Shown here: positions 35,938 to 49,309 of the stretch, one piece after another | Position numbering within the stretch: the first letter of the stretch is position 1 | How the letters are laid out: each line of letters starts with the position of its first letter | NCBI GenBank assembly: GCA_047495785.1 | Contig: JBLDXI010000074.1 | Span: forward strand, 868,001-932,000 | From: Lepidodermella squamata | Taxonomy: Eukaryota > Animalia > Gastrotricha | Direction: 5' to 3' | DNA: 64,000 bases | The notes under the pieces: generated by a model | Databases searched by the model: none | Told to the model about the DNA's origin: nothing | The model's input: the letters and a program-made list of their open reading frames with translations, nothing else | Made by a program: the position numbers and the translations under genes

Positions 35938-38900
35938 ATGCCAATGAAGCAGCTCAGCATAACGATTGTGCTGTTAGCCGCCGTTAATGCTATTCTCTGT
36001 CAAGAATGGGCTCGATGCTTCTCACGATTCGACGACACCTTCACGACATGCCGCCAACTACCAGCTGGCTGTTCGCAATCGCGCGAATATCAGGTGAGAT
36101 CTATCACTCTAACAAGTTTTTTCTACGACGGCATTTTATTATTTTGACGATAAGGTTGGAGTGAGCCAGCCGGATGAAACTGCCTGTCTACGAGCGGTGG
36201 GTTAACAAGATTTCCGGTCTTAATTTTTATCTCGCTTTTGCGCCTAACAGACTGCTAGATTGTGCTACAGGTTCAACACCTTTACGGCGACATGTCGACC
36301 CGGAATACCCGGATGTTGGAAAACAACCGAAATAATGGTGAGAAATCTGAGCTCCATCTCCATACTCAATTCAGCTTATTTCCAAGGCTCCATTTTGTTA
36401 AAATACTACTATAGCATAATTAAAATAAATTTTGCAACATCGAGCGAGACAACAAATTCTTGTTGAGCAAACCACACTATTTTTTTTTCGCACAACCATA
36501 ATTAGGGTTTCAGCTTCAACGATTTCAACGTAATTTTTCCCGAGTCTTCTAACCCGAGAAATAATGATCATATCTCAGATTACAAGATTCTATTCGTGCG
36601 TGGATACGGCCAACAGTTTTGTTACCTGTGTCCCAAACGATTTCTCGTGCCCATCAAATACCGTAACGAGTCATGATAGATTTTTTCACATTATTGTTTA
36701 TCAGTATTTTTTAGTTAAAATCTACGACATGGTTTTCTAATTTGGATTCCTGCCTGCGAAAATTCAGCAGTGAGTTTTTATATTGGAGCTTGTGATGGCA
36801 TTAAAACCTTTTGCCTATTACTTAGGTGCCGCTGCTGATTCTGTGAAGCCACATATCCACTGCTTCAATGCTGCCACTCGCGAATTTACCGACTGCCGAC
36901 TAAGCAGCTCACGGTGTTTAGCAAATGAAACAAACCAATTTTCTGCTGGTGTTTACAGAAACAAAGCAAACTGCCTGTCAGCGGTGAGTGCACAACAACC
37001 CAACTGCAATTCGTGGTTTGGTTGCCGTTGCCTATATTATCGTCGCAGTAGTCTTCTTCGTCGCCCATTTCGATGTTAATTTCGATGGCGTTGCTGTTGT
37101 TGGCCCATCCAGCGTCCCCAAAGGTCCCATTAGGCAGTGGGTCTCGATTGAAGGTAGTTTCGAAGCGGCTCCGTAGTTGCGGCGACCTGGTTGAAGGCCC
37201 CGACGCCCCGTCATTAGGTTGTTGTAGTTGTGCACCGTGATGCTGCGGGGGTTTTTGTTGATTCGGTTGCTGCTAATGTAGATCATGTTGTTTTGGTGGT
37301 TTTTGGTTGGTTATCGTTTGATGATTTATCACTTTATCTTTCATCACTCTAGTACGCCGTTCAATGCGATACGGCCGGTCTGAAGGGATGCTACAATATC
37401 TGCCCAGATATTGCAACCTGGGTAAGCAATAACTTGTAAGCTTGTAAGCATAGACAATCACTCAATAATATATAACGATATATGGGCATTTTTTCTTCCG
37501 TCACAGGTAAAAACATACGCAAAGTCTGCAAAATTTGCTGAAAATCACGCAAGCTGCATAGGCGAATTGAAACCGCGATCCTATTTCCTGTCTTCGTTGC
37601 AAAGTGGACCCTTCCGTGGTCAGCAGAATCGATGTTCCAGCGAAGGCGACCGCCTGGCGACGATTTTCTCACCAGCTCATGTTGCAGGCGTAGCAAACAT
37701 AACGCAAACTTCCCGCGATAAGTTCATTGGCTTGGTTGCTGATTTCTTGTGGAGCGACCGCAGTCTCGTTAATGTCATCTCGCCCTTCTGGGAGAATAAT
37801 AAGCCAGGGGGCGGCGGTCCATGTATGATTTACTTATTGCTTTCGTTTCTCAAACTTCTAGTTGTATGCTTTATGGTGCGTCTAATTTCTAATTTTTCCA
37901 GTTTCCTCAAATTTTAGGTGGAATTTTTGTTTCAACTGTTGGAAAATATAATTACCCTAGGCGTGTACCCGAGGCTAGTCTCAAGGTTTTACATCGGAGA
38001 GGGGGTGGTGTTTTGTCCATGACTAGCCATAATGTATTCCCTTATTAGTCCTCTTCGAAGCAGAAACAGGCAATTAACGGTACTCGGTATAAAACACTAA
38101 AAATTCCACGCGATTATCTATCCGCTATAAAGGCGGGGTGCGCACAAACAGTCATTTCATCGCGCATAGTTAGTTAGTTAGTTAGTTTTATTTTTGCTCC
38201 CAACATGTTACAATTTTTTTTAGGTATCTATCATATAGATACTAATTAGTTATATATATCACATATATATTGATAAATCTGGAGCCAGGGACACTTATGC
38301 GCCCTGTCCATCCGCATCACAGCATTGAGATAGAATTTTTAACATTATTTTTAAAGATAAGTCTATCTTTGATATCAATAATATTTACAGGCAATTTGTT
38401 CCACTTATTAACTACTCTATAGCTGAAAAAATTATACAATACATCTAGATGAGATTTACGCATTAAGAGATAATACTTGTGACTACGCGTGTCATAATTA
38501 GATTTTTTAATATCGAAAAAGCAAGTGGTATGCAAGTTAACATTTCCTTTTAGAATATCATTTGTAACGCACAGGTCCCTTACTTGGTGGCGTTGAATAA
38601 TACTTAAGCGATTAAGAGAACGAAGCCTTAATTCATAGTCGTGTGTTTTCATGACTCGCCACGTGAAATTTTTTTGAACACTTTCTAACAACTTCTGGTC
38701 ACCGATAAACCTAGGAGACCATACTGTGCTACAATAAAGAACTATAGGTAATACATAGATATCGAAAGCTTTCATTAATATATCAACTTTCTTAGTCTGG
38801 AAGGAGTGAAGTATCATGCCACATAGGGTAAGGTTACCTAAATAAGCATAAAACGTTAGACTTTTTTCAAACACTTGATATTCCTTAAGCATGAGGTTCC

Positions 38901-40880
38901 ACGGGCTCATTATTTTGAACATTAACAGTGTCAGAACCCATGTGGTTAATCTCACAAAATCTCATGAGGCAATTCATCTCCCTTACCGAGCCATAGCTGC
39001 TCAAAGTTGAAAAAGGGAAAAATTGAAAAACCTCACGACGGTGCCCTACATTCGCATGAAAGCTTCACTTCCGAACCTAAACTGCATACTCGCTCAATTT
39101 CTTTTCTTTTAATTTTTCTCTTTTGACGACGGTGTTCAGCGGGTTTTAAAGTACAATTCCTAAAAGTTGTGGCCCGAAATCGCCCAAATTGAGCGAGAGT
39201 ATTTCAAGGAGATTTTTGGAGGAAACAGAAGACAACAGGCACACGCGGGAATCGAACGCTAGACCTTCTACAATCAAGTCCGCTGTACAACTGAGGCTGA
39301 TAATGAAACACAACCACCGATTAGTCGTCTTGAATTGAAAAATATTGTCAATATCTTCGACGAAATCGTCTGAAGAAATTTACTAATCTCGCAATGTCCC
39401 AAACTAGCAGTTATGTAGTAAGAGGCGGCATTAGCAGTATGTCGTTAAATAAATGCGTAAATACTGTCGTATCGATGCATTCAATTTTGCATTTTTTCTC
39501 CACTCGGCACGAGGATAGTATCTGGATGACTTTTATGCGGGAATTTGTTTCGCTTAATTCACCAAGGCACTGTTGGCTTATTCAGAAATATATGCTGCCA
39601 CCACGGTCACAGTGACTTGGGTTCGCTTCCCCCGCGTGCCTGGTTTTTTTACTCCTCGAACAATTTTCTTAGAACCTATACAAAAAAATTCGAGTTTGTG
39701 AACTTTAATAATGAAACAGTAATAAGAAATTTTTTAACAATTTTTTAACAATTTTTTTTTATTTCTGGAGCATATTTTGTTTCAACACCCAATGGGTGAA
39801 ATAAAATGCGTTTTTTGTCGTCTGCCTTGCAGGCCTGTTCTTGGGAAAGGATGGTATTTTCGATCAAAACTGCGCGACTCAATTACCTGGTCTTTGCGCT
39901 GGATCGGTGAGTTGCTACTATCCTATATATACTTGATGCTGAAAGTAAACTATCATTAGGCTCCTGGAACCTTAGAACTAACTTCAGCAGCCGGCAACAG
40001 GGTGGAAATGGAGTCTGCTTGTCGAGCCCTCAACAAGGCGCTGGTGACAATCAAAGATCAAGCGACCTACGACGCCGCCGTCGGCGTCATATCGTCGCAA
40101 GCGCATATCGGCGCACAACGCGCTGTTCCAACTTCGTATTCCTGGATTACAGGCGAACCGTTCGACAGTTCCCTGTTCAGTTTCAGCGATGCAATAGATC
40201 CATCGCTTCTACCTTCCTTTCACTGTAAGATTCGTTGATGTTTAATAATTTCTGTTTCAAAGCGAGCTTTGAGGACTAGAAGGGCATGTCACTTACTCTA
40301 GCCCTAGGTCTTATCGTAAGTGAGTGAGATTTCCATATGACACGATTCGGCTGGTGCAGTCTAGCTGACACTCCCAGCCTCACAATTTTCTATTTTTTAA
40401 CGCGATGGATTGGTAAAACCACTGCGAGGCCAAGGGGAGTTGGGTCGTTGAGCTACTGTGTATCTGAGGGGATATCGCTCGGGACTGGGCTCAAGTCCTA
40501 GTGACGGAACCAGGATCGAGTCACCCCTAGGCCTCGCAGTGGTTTTACCAATCCATCGCGTTAATAAGTCGAAAAGTGTGAGGCTGGGAGTGTCAGCTAG
40601 ACTGCACCAGCCGAATCGTGTCATAGGGAAGTCTTTGTCAACAAGATTTATTCAAACAAATTGTAATACGGGAAATCCTACTTGACGCCTTTTTCCTCTG
40701 ACTTGTATAAACAAGCCTAAATTGAATACTTTCCGCTTCTCTAAATGATTGATATTGATATTGCTTATATTAAATGATGTGTTGCAGGTGTTACACATGA
40801 TAAAGCCGTTTTTTCTCGCGCTAATTGCAGTCTTTTCAATCCTGGTACATGTGAGGGTGTACGCCGTTAATCTGGCATGA
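35938..40880 (+). CDS. Probable multi-exon secreted protein with short Cys repeats and two C-type-lectin-like domains (model approximate)
   Basis: Signal peptide; repeats CFSRFDDTFTTC, CYRFNTFTATC, CVDTANSFVTC, CFNAATREFTDC; CTLD-like exons ..C..EGDRLATIFS..FIGL..FLWSD..W..NKP (~37508-37821) and ..CRALNKALVTIKD..HIG..YSWITGEP (~39960-40223). Confidence 0.55.
38168..38900 (-). mobile_element. 5'-truncated CR1/L2-like LINE, intronic
   Basis: YVLPIVLYCSTVWSP..LESVQKNFT..RL..FFSYRVVNKWNKLP; 3' end has AATAAAA followed by a (CTAA)n tail. 5' boundary approximate. Confidence 0.85.
40338..40623. mobile_element. Palindromic MITE (~290 bp) with ~100-bp inverted arms
   Basis: TGACACGATTCGGCTGGTGCAGTCTAGCTGACACTCCCAGCCTCACA... 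is mirrored at the right end; TA-flanked; exact ends ambiguous by ~10 bp. Confidence 0.85.
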
Positions 40881-41048
40881 AGGTCCGATTTCCCTGCTGA
40901 GAAATGCAGCCGATTATACGTTGACTTCGTTTAATATGACATGTAGCATCATCTGATGTGTTTATTGAAGGATGTGATCAGTGAATGACAGATTTGGCTT
41001 GTCCTATAAAAAATAAAAACAGCTATCTGCTATTATTAATTATAAATA

Positions 41049-42591
41049 GGGTAAGGTGCCCTATTGTGTCATAATTTTGCTTACTTTTTTCGGGGACCGA
41101 TATCTACTAGCAGGGCCGGATTAACGCATATGCACAGAGGGCACGTGCCCAGGGGCCGCCAGCCAAAAAGGGCCGCCAGAAAGTGGTGAAATGTTCGCTT
41201 TTATTAATTATACCCGGAAAATTTTTGGGCCTTTATTAGGTTGTTATGCTTTGCAATTGAGAGCATTTCCAAGCATCCGGATCAGCCTATTTTTTTTATT
41301 TTTCTAAAAATTTTCTCGCTTCGCTCGCTAGTTCTTCACCTATTATACAGTTTATTTCATCGTTACTACCCCTATTCAATTCATCTTGATCAAGCGTTAA
41401 CTCATTTAGAAAAATGACCGAGAGTTGCCTCAATGTTGTTACTCTATCAGAATGAAACGGGAAAAGCAAGGATTTTTCTACGTGACAAAAACGATTTTCA
41501 GGGATATTTTGGAAAAGTTGTCGCTTCGCTCGAGGTATGGTGACAATATTCCAAAATTTCGGTTATTTTGTAGGAAAATGGAAAGCAATTATTAACGCTA
41601 ACTCGAGCGATGCTACGTAGCAATATTAGGTGGCTTGAAGCAACAAAATACCAAAGCAAAATGAAATAATAATAGGAATTTGTGCTTCAAGGAGTCTCTA
41701 TTTCATCTTGAAATTGAGATAATAGACTTTAACCATGGTTTCAGGTATGAAAACATGGTTTAGCGGAAAAGTATGAAGAGTGGGGCCGCCAACCAGAAAT
41801 TGCCCAGGGGCCACCCGAATGTTAATCCGGCCCTGTCTACTAGCCTGATGGGTCCCGGTCTGATTTTTTTTTGGCAGGGACCTCAGTTCAGGTCTCGGCT
41901 TCAATAATCCGTCGACAAAATTTGACCCGATTTGGCAGCAGATGGTTACGCAAGATACCGGTTTTTTTAAATGGGCAGGGGCTCCTATTGTGTCATAATT
42001 TCTGGACCAACGGTCCTCATGAGACGTACCAGGACGCAGCGGCTTCGAAGCTCCCATTATCCGGGTTTGCGTAAAAAATCACGTGACGTGTTTAGCTTAA
42101 GTGTGCATAATAATTACTTTCGATGGCAATTTTTTTTTAGAATATAAAATAAATTTGCCATCGATAATAAAAATTTAAATTGAAAACAAAATAACTGGTC
42201 TTTTCGCGACCCGCCGTTTTCTTTAAGATCGAGATCTTCAGATCGCAGCAAAAAACTGATCTTTGCGAATTAAGTGATTTTCAGCCACAACGACCTTTGG
42301 ACCTTATTAAGAAATAACACAAAAATCAGGCGTTTATATCGAAGCGCCGCGTCCTGGTACGTCTCATGACGGTCCTAACTGTCATAATGGGGTCAAAAAT
42401 GATTTTTTTGGCCTGCCGTAATAGGAGTAGGTAAATCAAGGTCGGCGGATTCGATTATCGTGGTCAAGAGGCCGCCATGTTGCTCGCATGGGCCTGCTCC
42501 CATAACGACAGGCCAAAAAAATCATTGTTGACCCCATTATGACAGCTAGGACGTTGGTCGAGAAATTATGACACAATAGGGCACCTTACCC
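41049..42591. mobile_element. TA-flanked non-autonomous DNA transposon
   Basis: TIRs GGGTAAGGTGCCCTATTGTGTCATAATTT / AAATTATGACACAATAGGGCACCTTACCC with TA on both sides; additional internal inverted repeats. Confidence 0.88.
41111..41835. mobile_element. hAT-type MITE nested in 41049-42591
   Basis: TIRs CAGGGCCGGATTAAC / GTTAATCCGGCCCTG; 8-bp TSD TCTACTAG at 41103-41110 and 41836-41843. Confidence 0.93.
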
Positions 42592-43225
42592 TATTCCGAT
42601 TTTTTTAATACTTTTTCGGCCAATGCAATCGCGCTGACCTGAGCTTTCTGAATATGTATTTAGATTTGAACCAGGTCTAACCTGGTTTATACTAACCGGG
42701 TGAAAACCGATAATTTACGATCGAGGCCTCGATTGTTTTAATAACTAACCGGGTGGAAACCGCCAAAGTAATGGCGGGTGGCTGAAAAATGGTGATTTAA
42801 TTTGTGTGAGCGACCATTTGTGCACATTTTTTGCCTCGATCTTAAATTATAGATTTTCGTGTTTGCGTTAACAGCATTTTACTTTAGTGGAGTCTCCATA
42901 ACGTTATTCCTCTCAAGGCCAAGACTAAGGTCACGCGCTTCGCCACCAGGGAGCCTCAAATTAGAGCTGAATTTTCCCCCGAATACATGCCGAATGCCGA
43001 ATTCGGGATCGATTAATCCCGTTTTCCTGTGCTGCTGAGTTATTAGGTTTGCAGCTTTATATGGGTAGTTAATGCGACCTGTGTTTGAATGAAACCTGTA
43101 ACGCTTGCTTAAATCCGAGCTCTAATGCCACTCGAGAAGGGATCAATATGGCTTGAATAAACGTAAGCATCAAAGCCTGTATCACGGCACAACATTTCAT
43201 TATAAAATTCATAAAAATACACAAA

Positions 43226-44674
43226 ATGGCGGCTCTTTCAGGCCAATCTTTGGTTAGATTAGCTATTCTAGCTAGACTGAGCCATGAAATTAACTCAGCT
43301 AGTTTGAATGAAAAGTGCAAGTCGAACAAGGAATGCGATGACTCAAGTGCCTTTTGCAATATCAAATCGCCAAGCTGTGGTGCTGGTGTTTGCTCCTGCT
43401 TGCCTGGATTTATTCCAGATCCGACCAACCAAAAATGCAAAATGTGTAAGATGAGCGCTTTGAATCTGAAAATTCCAAATATCTAACAACAATAATTGTA
43501 TTCGATTTTATTCGAGGTTAATGACAAATTGAGATCTCATCTGGTTTTCGATTTTTAATCACTGCTAATTTAAAATAATTTGTTTAGAATTCTGTTAACT
43601 CATCCAAATCCTTAATCAGCGTAGAGTGTACTTGGACTTTGCAATTTTTCACAATCTAGTTAACCATTGCTTAGTCACTCAGGCCCGGTTAAATAGTCAC
43701 TAAAACTGTTCAATTTCAGTTGTACCTATTAGTGGTCCCTGTGCTAATGGTACTACTTTGTGCTCATCGACATACGCGACCTGCGCAGCTGGAACCTGTA
43801 CGTGCAATCGGGGCTTTTACGCCTTTGGAAATGAGTGCGTCTCAAATCTTTCAACAAAACGAATCGGCGACAACTGCTTCGACTCGGCCATGTGCCTACC
43901 TGGGTTGGTCTGCTTGGAAAACAAATGCGGTTGCTACTCAGGCTTCAAAGCAACTACCTTAACCACATGCTCTCCACGTTGGTCTCCGATAATCAGGGAA
44001 TTTTAAGCGTTTGAAGACTTTAAGTTTAGGTCAAGTTGGCGATACTTGTGCGAAGAATGAAGACTGTTCTCGAGTTCCGAATATGCAATGTGTCAACAAT
44101 CTCTGCTCTTGCGTCAGTGGCTACAAGAAAATCGACTACATGAAATCCGCCAACGAGTGGGCAACGGCTTGCATTCTTAACTCAGGTTTCTTTTATTATA
44201 ATTTGTCTGAAATCAGAGCAAGATAGCTATCGCCGTTCGCATTGCCCCCATGAGAAAATGAAGCTAGAATGCTAAATCCCTGAAGGACTCGAATAGGCAA
44301 CATTTTCTTTTAATCCATTCCGATTATTTTCAGGTCCAATGTGTATTTTTTGGTTTCAACTCACAACCATCATGAGGGTTTTATTTATTTTTAATGAATT
44401 GTTTGTGTCTTGCCAGATAATCCCGCGACTGAAGGCCAGGCGTGTAACGTGACTCTCGGCGCTAGCAATGCTAAGTTTTGTACCAGGTCATTTGTTTGCA
44501 CCCAGTGCGACAGCTCTACAAGCGTGTGTGGACGTAAGCACATCAATTTACTGCTCTAAATCACGGCTATTCGTATTTTTTATTTGCGCAGGCGTTCAGC
44601 TGCCATTAAGCAGCACTTCATCTACCGTCCTTGCATCGGCAATGTTGATCGCGAGTTCCATTTTCCTCAACTAA
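43226..44674 (+). CDS. Cys-rich EB-module repeat protein, probably GPI-anchored (about 5 exons)
   Basis: Repeated C-x5-C...C-x-C-x2-G[FY] modules (LNEKCKSNKEC..CSCLPGF; GDNCFDSAMC..CGCYSGF; GDTCAKNEDC..CSCVSGY); terminal hydrophobic tail VLASAMLIASSIFLN. Confidence 0.75.
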
Positions 44675-45458
44675 CGGACATTCAACTCAACTAACAACTG
44701 CTTGAGAAACACTGATTGAGTTTGTGTTTTTTACAAGTCTGTTGATATTATGATCGGATATTACGATGAACGGAAATAAAAACGATTGTTGACGAGCTTT
44801 GAGGATTGAAAGTTATTGCTTTTTAATCAAAATGATCTAACTTTTTTTCCTATGCAGTAGAAAACCGATACAATGGACGCCGTTATAGTGGACAAAATTG
44901 TTCACGCAAGCAATAAGCAACGATTTTCGCGCATCTAAAATAAATCGAAATGTATAACGCCAATTTTTGTACAATCTTATGAATATTGTAACTTTTTACC
45001 GCGGGGAAACTTGGGAGTAGCTTGCCGGTAGCTCGTTTGATCGTCCCAGCTCGTCATCTTACTAGACGAGTCGTTAACTGCATTTTTCACGTCTTTCACG
45101 CCTTTCAGGTCTTAACAAATTGAGTTTGCAGACCTGTTACTTGCCAACTGGTGATGGCACAACAATGGGCGATGGCTCGAAAAAAACAGGCGATCGTCCT
45201 CCGTCGAACGGATGTAGCCTCGTGGGAAAAACTACTGAAATTGATGAAATGGCAGGTAAAAACAATTCTTGGACTCTTTGTATGTAGCTCAACTGCAGTT
45301 AAGTGCAAGCGAGAATCGCCAAGATTCGCAACGATAAGATTGATAGTTTAGAATTTTATTTGCGGGTCACAGAAGCTCTTAATATTCAATAAAGAATAAA
45401 TAAAATTGTCCGGAATGTCAATTTTAAAGTCCGAAGTTTGATTCCCAGTTCACGCGCT

Positions 45459-45806
45459 CTAGTAGTAGTAACCTTGTCCTGGTGATCGATAACCATATTT
45501 CTGGCTTTTGATCAGGTACTTGATCTGCTGGGCCTTTGCTCTGTAAGCCTGCTCTCTCGAGTTGGGTGATCGACCGCCGTTGTAATAAGAAGATCGCTTT
45601 TCTTCATTCAATGGGGCTTCCGCAGACTGCGATTCGCTCTTCTGTTTAGTAGAGAGTCGACCGAGGAGTGGCTTGCTCGCCTTACGACGTAACTGACTGA
45701 ATACAGTGCTGATAGATTGAGACCCTGTTCTTTGGCCTTCCGTGTCATCTGGAAGTAAGATGGCGATCAACGCTAAAGAGAAACCGATTCCAGTACAAAT
45801 TCTCAT
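45459..45806 (-). CDS. Small secreted precursor, FSxLRRxASKP family copy 1
   Basis: Signal peptide, SQSISTVFSQLRRKASKPL, KR site, Tyr-rich C-terminus; single exon; two paralogs nearby. Confidence 0.78.
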   Translation of the reverse strand: MRICTGIGFSLALIAILLPDDTEGQRTGSQSISTVFSQLRRKASKPLLGRLSTKQKSESQSAEAPLNEEKRSSYYNGGRSPNSREQAYRAKAQQIKYLIKSQKYGYRSPGQGYYY

Positions 45807-47285
45807 TTTCAAGAAAAAAATATATCGCGTTTTTTATATGAAATTCCACTTCTTCGATGCTATAGGTGTGACGGCAAAACGATGATTTTCCCACGGGGAT
45901 TTGTCGCGTATTGTTGAAACCATTATCCCCACTTTCTCTCTAGAGCGTTCATAATCGCACTGTTTGCGCACGAGCGCTCTAGAAACACTTAATACTGAAT
46001 AGTTTATTACTATCATTACGTCAGTTGAACATGTCATAGCCGTCATTGATTTTACGAGCCTGGATTATACCTACTACCTACGTCACCAATTGAGCTAAAA
46101 ACATAAGGAGCGGATTGGCCAAAGAATTGTTTCCTAATCAAAAGTCTCACAAGCCCATCGAATTCTACATTTTAAAGACCGGTGCTAAGTGCTGATAGAA
46201 TTTCAATCGGGTGCTTGACCGATAACACGTCACGCCCATGGGTTACTTTCACTGCAGCTTTCGCAGCTTTCGACGAGGCTTCGCCCTGGACCCAAGTCAT
46301 TGCTTTAAAGGTGGATTGATCATTTTAATCAGCGCTCATATCTCAAACCACCATACCTATGCCATTATCGCAAACAGGAATTGGAAAGCTCTCTTCCTGT
46401 GGAAGCTAAGCCATTCAAAGAGCAGACCCTCCAAATATAAGAGTGACGCGCGCGCGCGGTATTAAATTTGTCAAAAATTAGGACTTGGCTCACGCGGATC
46501 AGTTATATTATTGTAAACAAATTTACCACCGCGCGCGAAGATGTTAAGGTTACTTTCAAATATCGCGTCGGTTTTTATAAGTATTGGGATAATTTAAGAT
46601 AATAAAATAAGATAATATAAGATAAAAATAATTGGGATAATTCTCTATCGATTGAATATGGGGTTCTCACGCGAAAAAATAAAAATAAAAAGGTTTTACA
46701 TGCACCTTAAATTGTGTGCGCAAATTGAGAGCGCGCGCAGTCGCTCTTCAAAAGTTAGGAAGCGCGTAAAACTGTTTTTCATTATATTTACGGGAGAAGT
46801 CTATGTCTATTCGATAGAGAATTGTATGACAATGTTATAAAGCCGCCTAAACAATCAAAACCTGTCATTTCACTTTACCGCACGCGGCTTGGGGAATTAA
46901 TATGGGTCCGGAATTGAGCGAATTTTTAACGATAGTAGACGGTAGCCGGTTCCAAGCTGGCAGCAATCGCCTTCAAAGCTGTACTCATATGATTAAAAAT
47001 TTGCATTGCCCCGGCAGGAGGCAGTAGACGAACATTATTCGAAATAAAATGAAGAAATCCCAATAAGTTAAATCCACAGTCAGTTGCATAAAGTTTATGA
47101 CAAAGAACTTCGAGTCCACAAATTTTATTCGCAATCGCCCTTCGTAAACTACCTCATCGCCGAAACGGAAAGTGAAAGGACAAAATAAAGAGCTTTTCGT
47201 TTCGAAAGGATACTGGACAGCTAAAAGATTGCATAATAATTTGAATTCAATTGAGACTGCTTGTGCGAATGCGCATTAGTCTCTG

Positions 47286-47615
47286 TTACCACTTGTTATT
47301 CCGCCCTGGAAAGCGGTAGTTTTGCTTTATAGCGTAGACAGGGTAACGTTGCATGGGCGTTCTAGACTCAGTTGATTCCTGATCATCGGAAGAAGAAGTC
47401 CGACGTAAGTTCAAGTTGAGTCGCTTACTGTCAGATTTGCCAACGACGATCTTTGAGATGCCCTCGCGAGGTGGCGAAATCCCATACGGCTTGCTTGCCA
47501 TTCGCCGGAGTTGGCTGAAAACAATGCTTATGGGCTGCGATTCGCGGCTCTGGCTGTTGACATGCCTGATAACCAGTTGAACAGCGGTTAGAAACAACAA
47601 ACTATATCGCATCAT
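47286..47615 (-). CDS. Small secreted precursor, FSxLRRxASKP family copy 2
   Basis: Signal peptide, SQPISIVFSQLRRMASKPY, KR/RR sites, C-terminal NYRFPG. Confidence 0.78.
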   Translation of the reverse strand: MMRYSLLFLTAVQLVIRHVNSQSRESQPISIVFSQLRRMASKPYGISPPREGISKIVVGKSDSKRLNLNLRRTSSSDDQESTESRTPMQRYPVYAIKQNYRFPGRNNKW

Positions 47616-48667
47616 TTTATTAGGCTACAATAAAAACTGTATTCCACAGTCCACAGCGAATTATTATTGTTGCACCGGTTATCATTTTCAGCAGGAACGC
47701 CTCTTTTCCGCAGCAAATATTTAGAAATTGATTTTTGTTAAAAAATTACCAGCAGGGGGTGTTTTATAATGTGCGTCCATTGTGACCGGTGGTGCTATTG
47801 CTTATTCCTCTCTTCTGCCGTAGCAAAAAAAAATTAAATTTCCGCGAACATCATGACAGCTGCGTTGTTTGAATTGCGTGGAGCGCAGAGATTGCTCAGC
47901 TAGCACGGGGTACGGTATCAGCTCAAAGAGTCTTTGTGGCGACTCGTCTATTTGAACAAACTTCGTTTCGCGGACAGACTTTTACTCGCATTTTCGACAT
48001 CATAGGGCTTCAAACTTAAATTACTGACCGACGACAGATGTAAAAAAAAGCCCGAAAATGGAAGTAGTAGACTAATTATGGCTCATGAACCGATCGCTAA
48101 ACTTAGTGAACTGATGTAGCCAATGAAAGTATTTTTCAAAATAATTGATCAGAAATCAGTGGCAAAGATCTTCTGCGGAAAAGACGCGTTTCTGCCGGAA
48201 ACGAAATTTGCTGCGAAAACAATAATTTGTCACGAAAAGAATAAGTATCGTCCGCTAAAAGCTAAAAGGGACTTCAATGCATATGATAACGTGGTGATGG
48301 GATTCACAACAAACAACAATCGATATTGCGTGAGGCAACATGCTGTGATAACCTATTATCGGCTCGTAATTAGTGCCTGCGCTTCTGATCATCGCATTAA
48401 TGGACCAGCGCTAAAGTTATCGCACCGAACTCGCAAACCGCAAACAAAAACACAGCTCGAATCCAACAAATGCAGAAGCCAAATACGGCTGTTATGAAAT
48501 TCTAAAGAGGCATATTTCCCAAAACAAACACTGACTGAAGTTCGAATTTTTATTGTTATTTGCTGAGAGCCGTTACTATAGTTTCAACAATACAGGAGGT
48601 GCGATTCTCGCATAAATCAGAAAATTTTAAGTCTGTCCCATATATGACTTATTCTTATATATTGTAT

Positions 48668-49030
48668 TCAGCCCTTGTAGGAGGCGTAGTAATTCTGCTT
48701 CGGTGAGTTGTAACCCGACTTCATGTTGGTGTTGTGGTAATAGACTTGCTGCATTTTCGGGTTTGAAACCACTCTGTTCACCTGATCCTTCGACTCCCAT
48801 GAGCTGAAACCAGCTAACCGACTGTGACTTGACAGTGACCGCTTAATAACGGATTTTTCGATAGTTTCAGTGGTCGATTTAGCAATAGCTCTCAAAGGTT
48901 TGCTGGCCACTCGGCGAAGGTGACTGAACTTATTGCTGACCATTTGAACTGCAGCATCTTGGGGCAGAAGGAGACCGATAATGAATATCAAAGTAACGCT
49001 TAAAACCGCTAAATTTTTAGGGCAGCCCAT
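48668..49030 (-). CDS. Small secreted precursor, FSxLRRxASKP family copy 3
   Basis: Signal peptide, FSHLRRVASKPL, KR site, C-terminal GYNSPKQNYYASYKG. Confidence 0.78.
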   Translation of the reverse strand: MGCPKNLAVLSVTLIFIIGLLLPQDAAVQMVSNKFSHLRRVASKPLRAIAKSTTETIEKSVIKRSLSSHSRLAGFSSWESKDQVNRVVSNPKMQQVYYHNTNMKSGYNSPKQNYYASYKG

Positions 49031-49252
49031 CTTAGGGACAAGAAATTGTCAAAAAACAAGAATCGAGAAAAAATGCTTTTATCCAAATATCCCTTCGCAA
49101 GAACGATTTTTAATCCTTTAAGTGGTCTCATAAAATCCTCCTAGAAATTTCTTACACAGCCAAATGTCTAGCGGAGAAAACCTCAATTCCCTACTCAAAA
49201 ATCGATTGGGTATTTGAGCTTTATAACCTAAAATAAAAGAGAAAAAAACATG

Positions 49253-49269
49253 CGCTCCTGGGTGGGCTC

Positions 49270-49309
<40 letters not shown>

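Noticed and set aside
36990-37300. Minus-strand Q/N-rich frames within an intron
   Set aside because: No clear start or splice structure and no recognisable homology.
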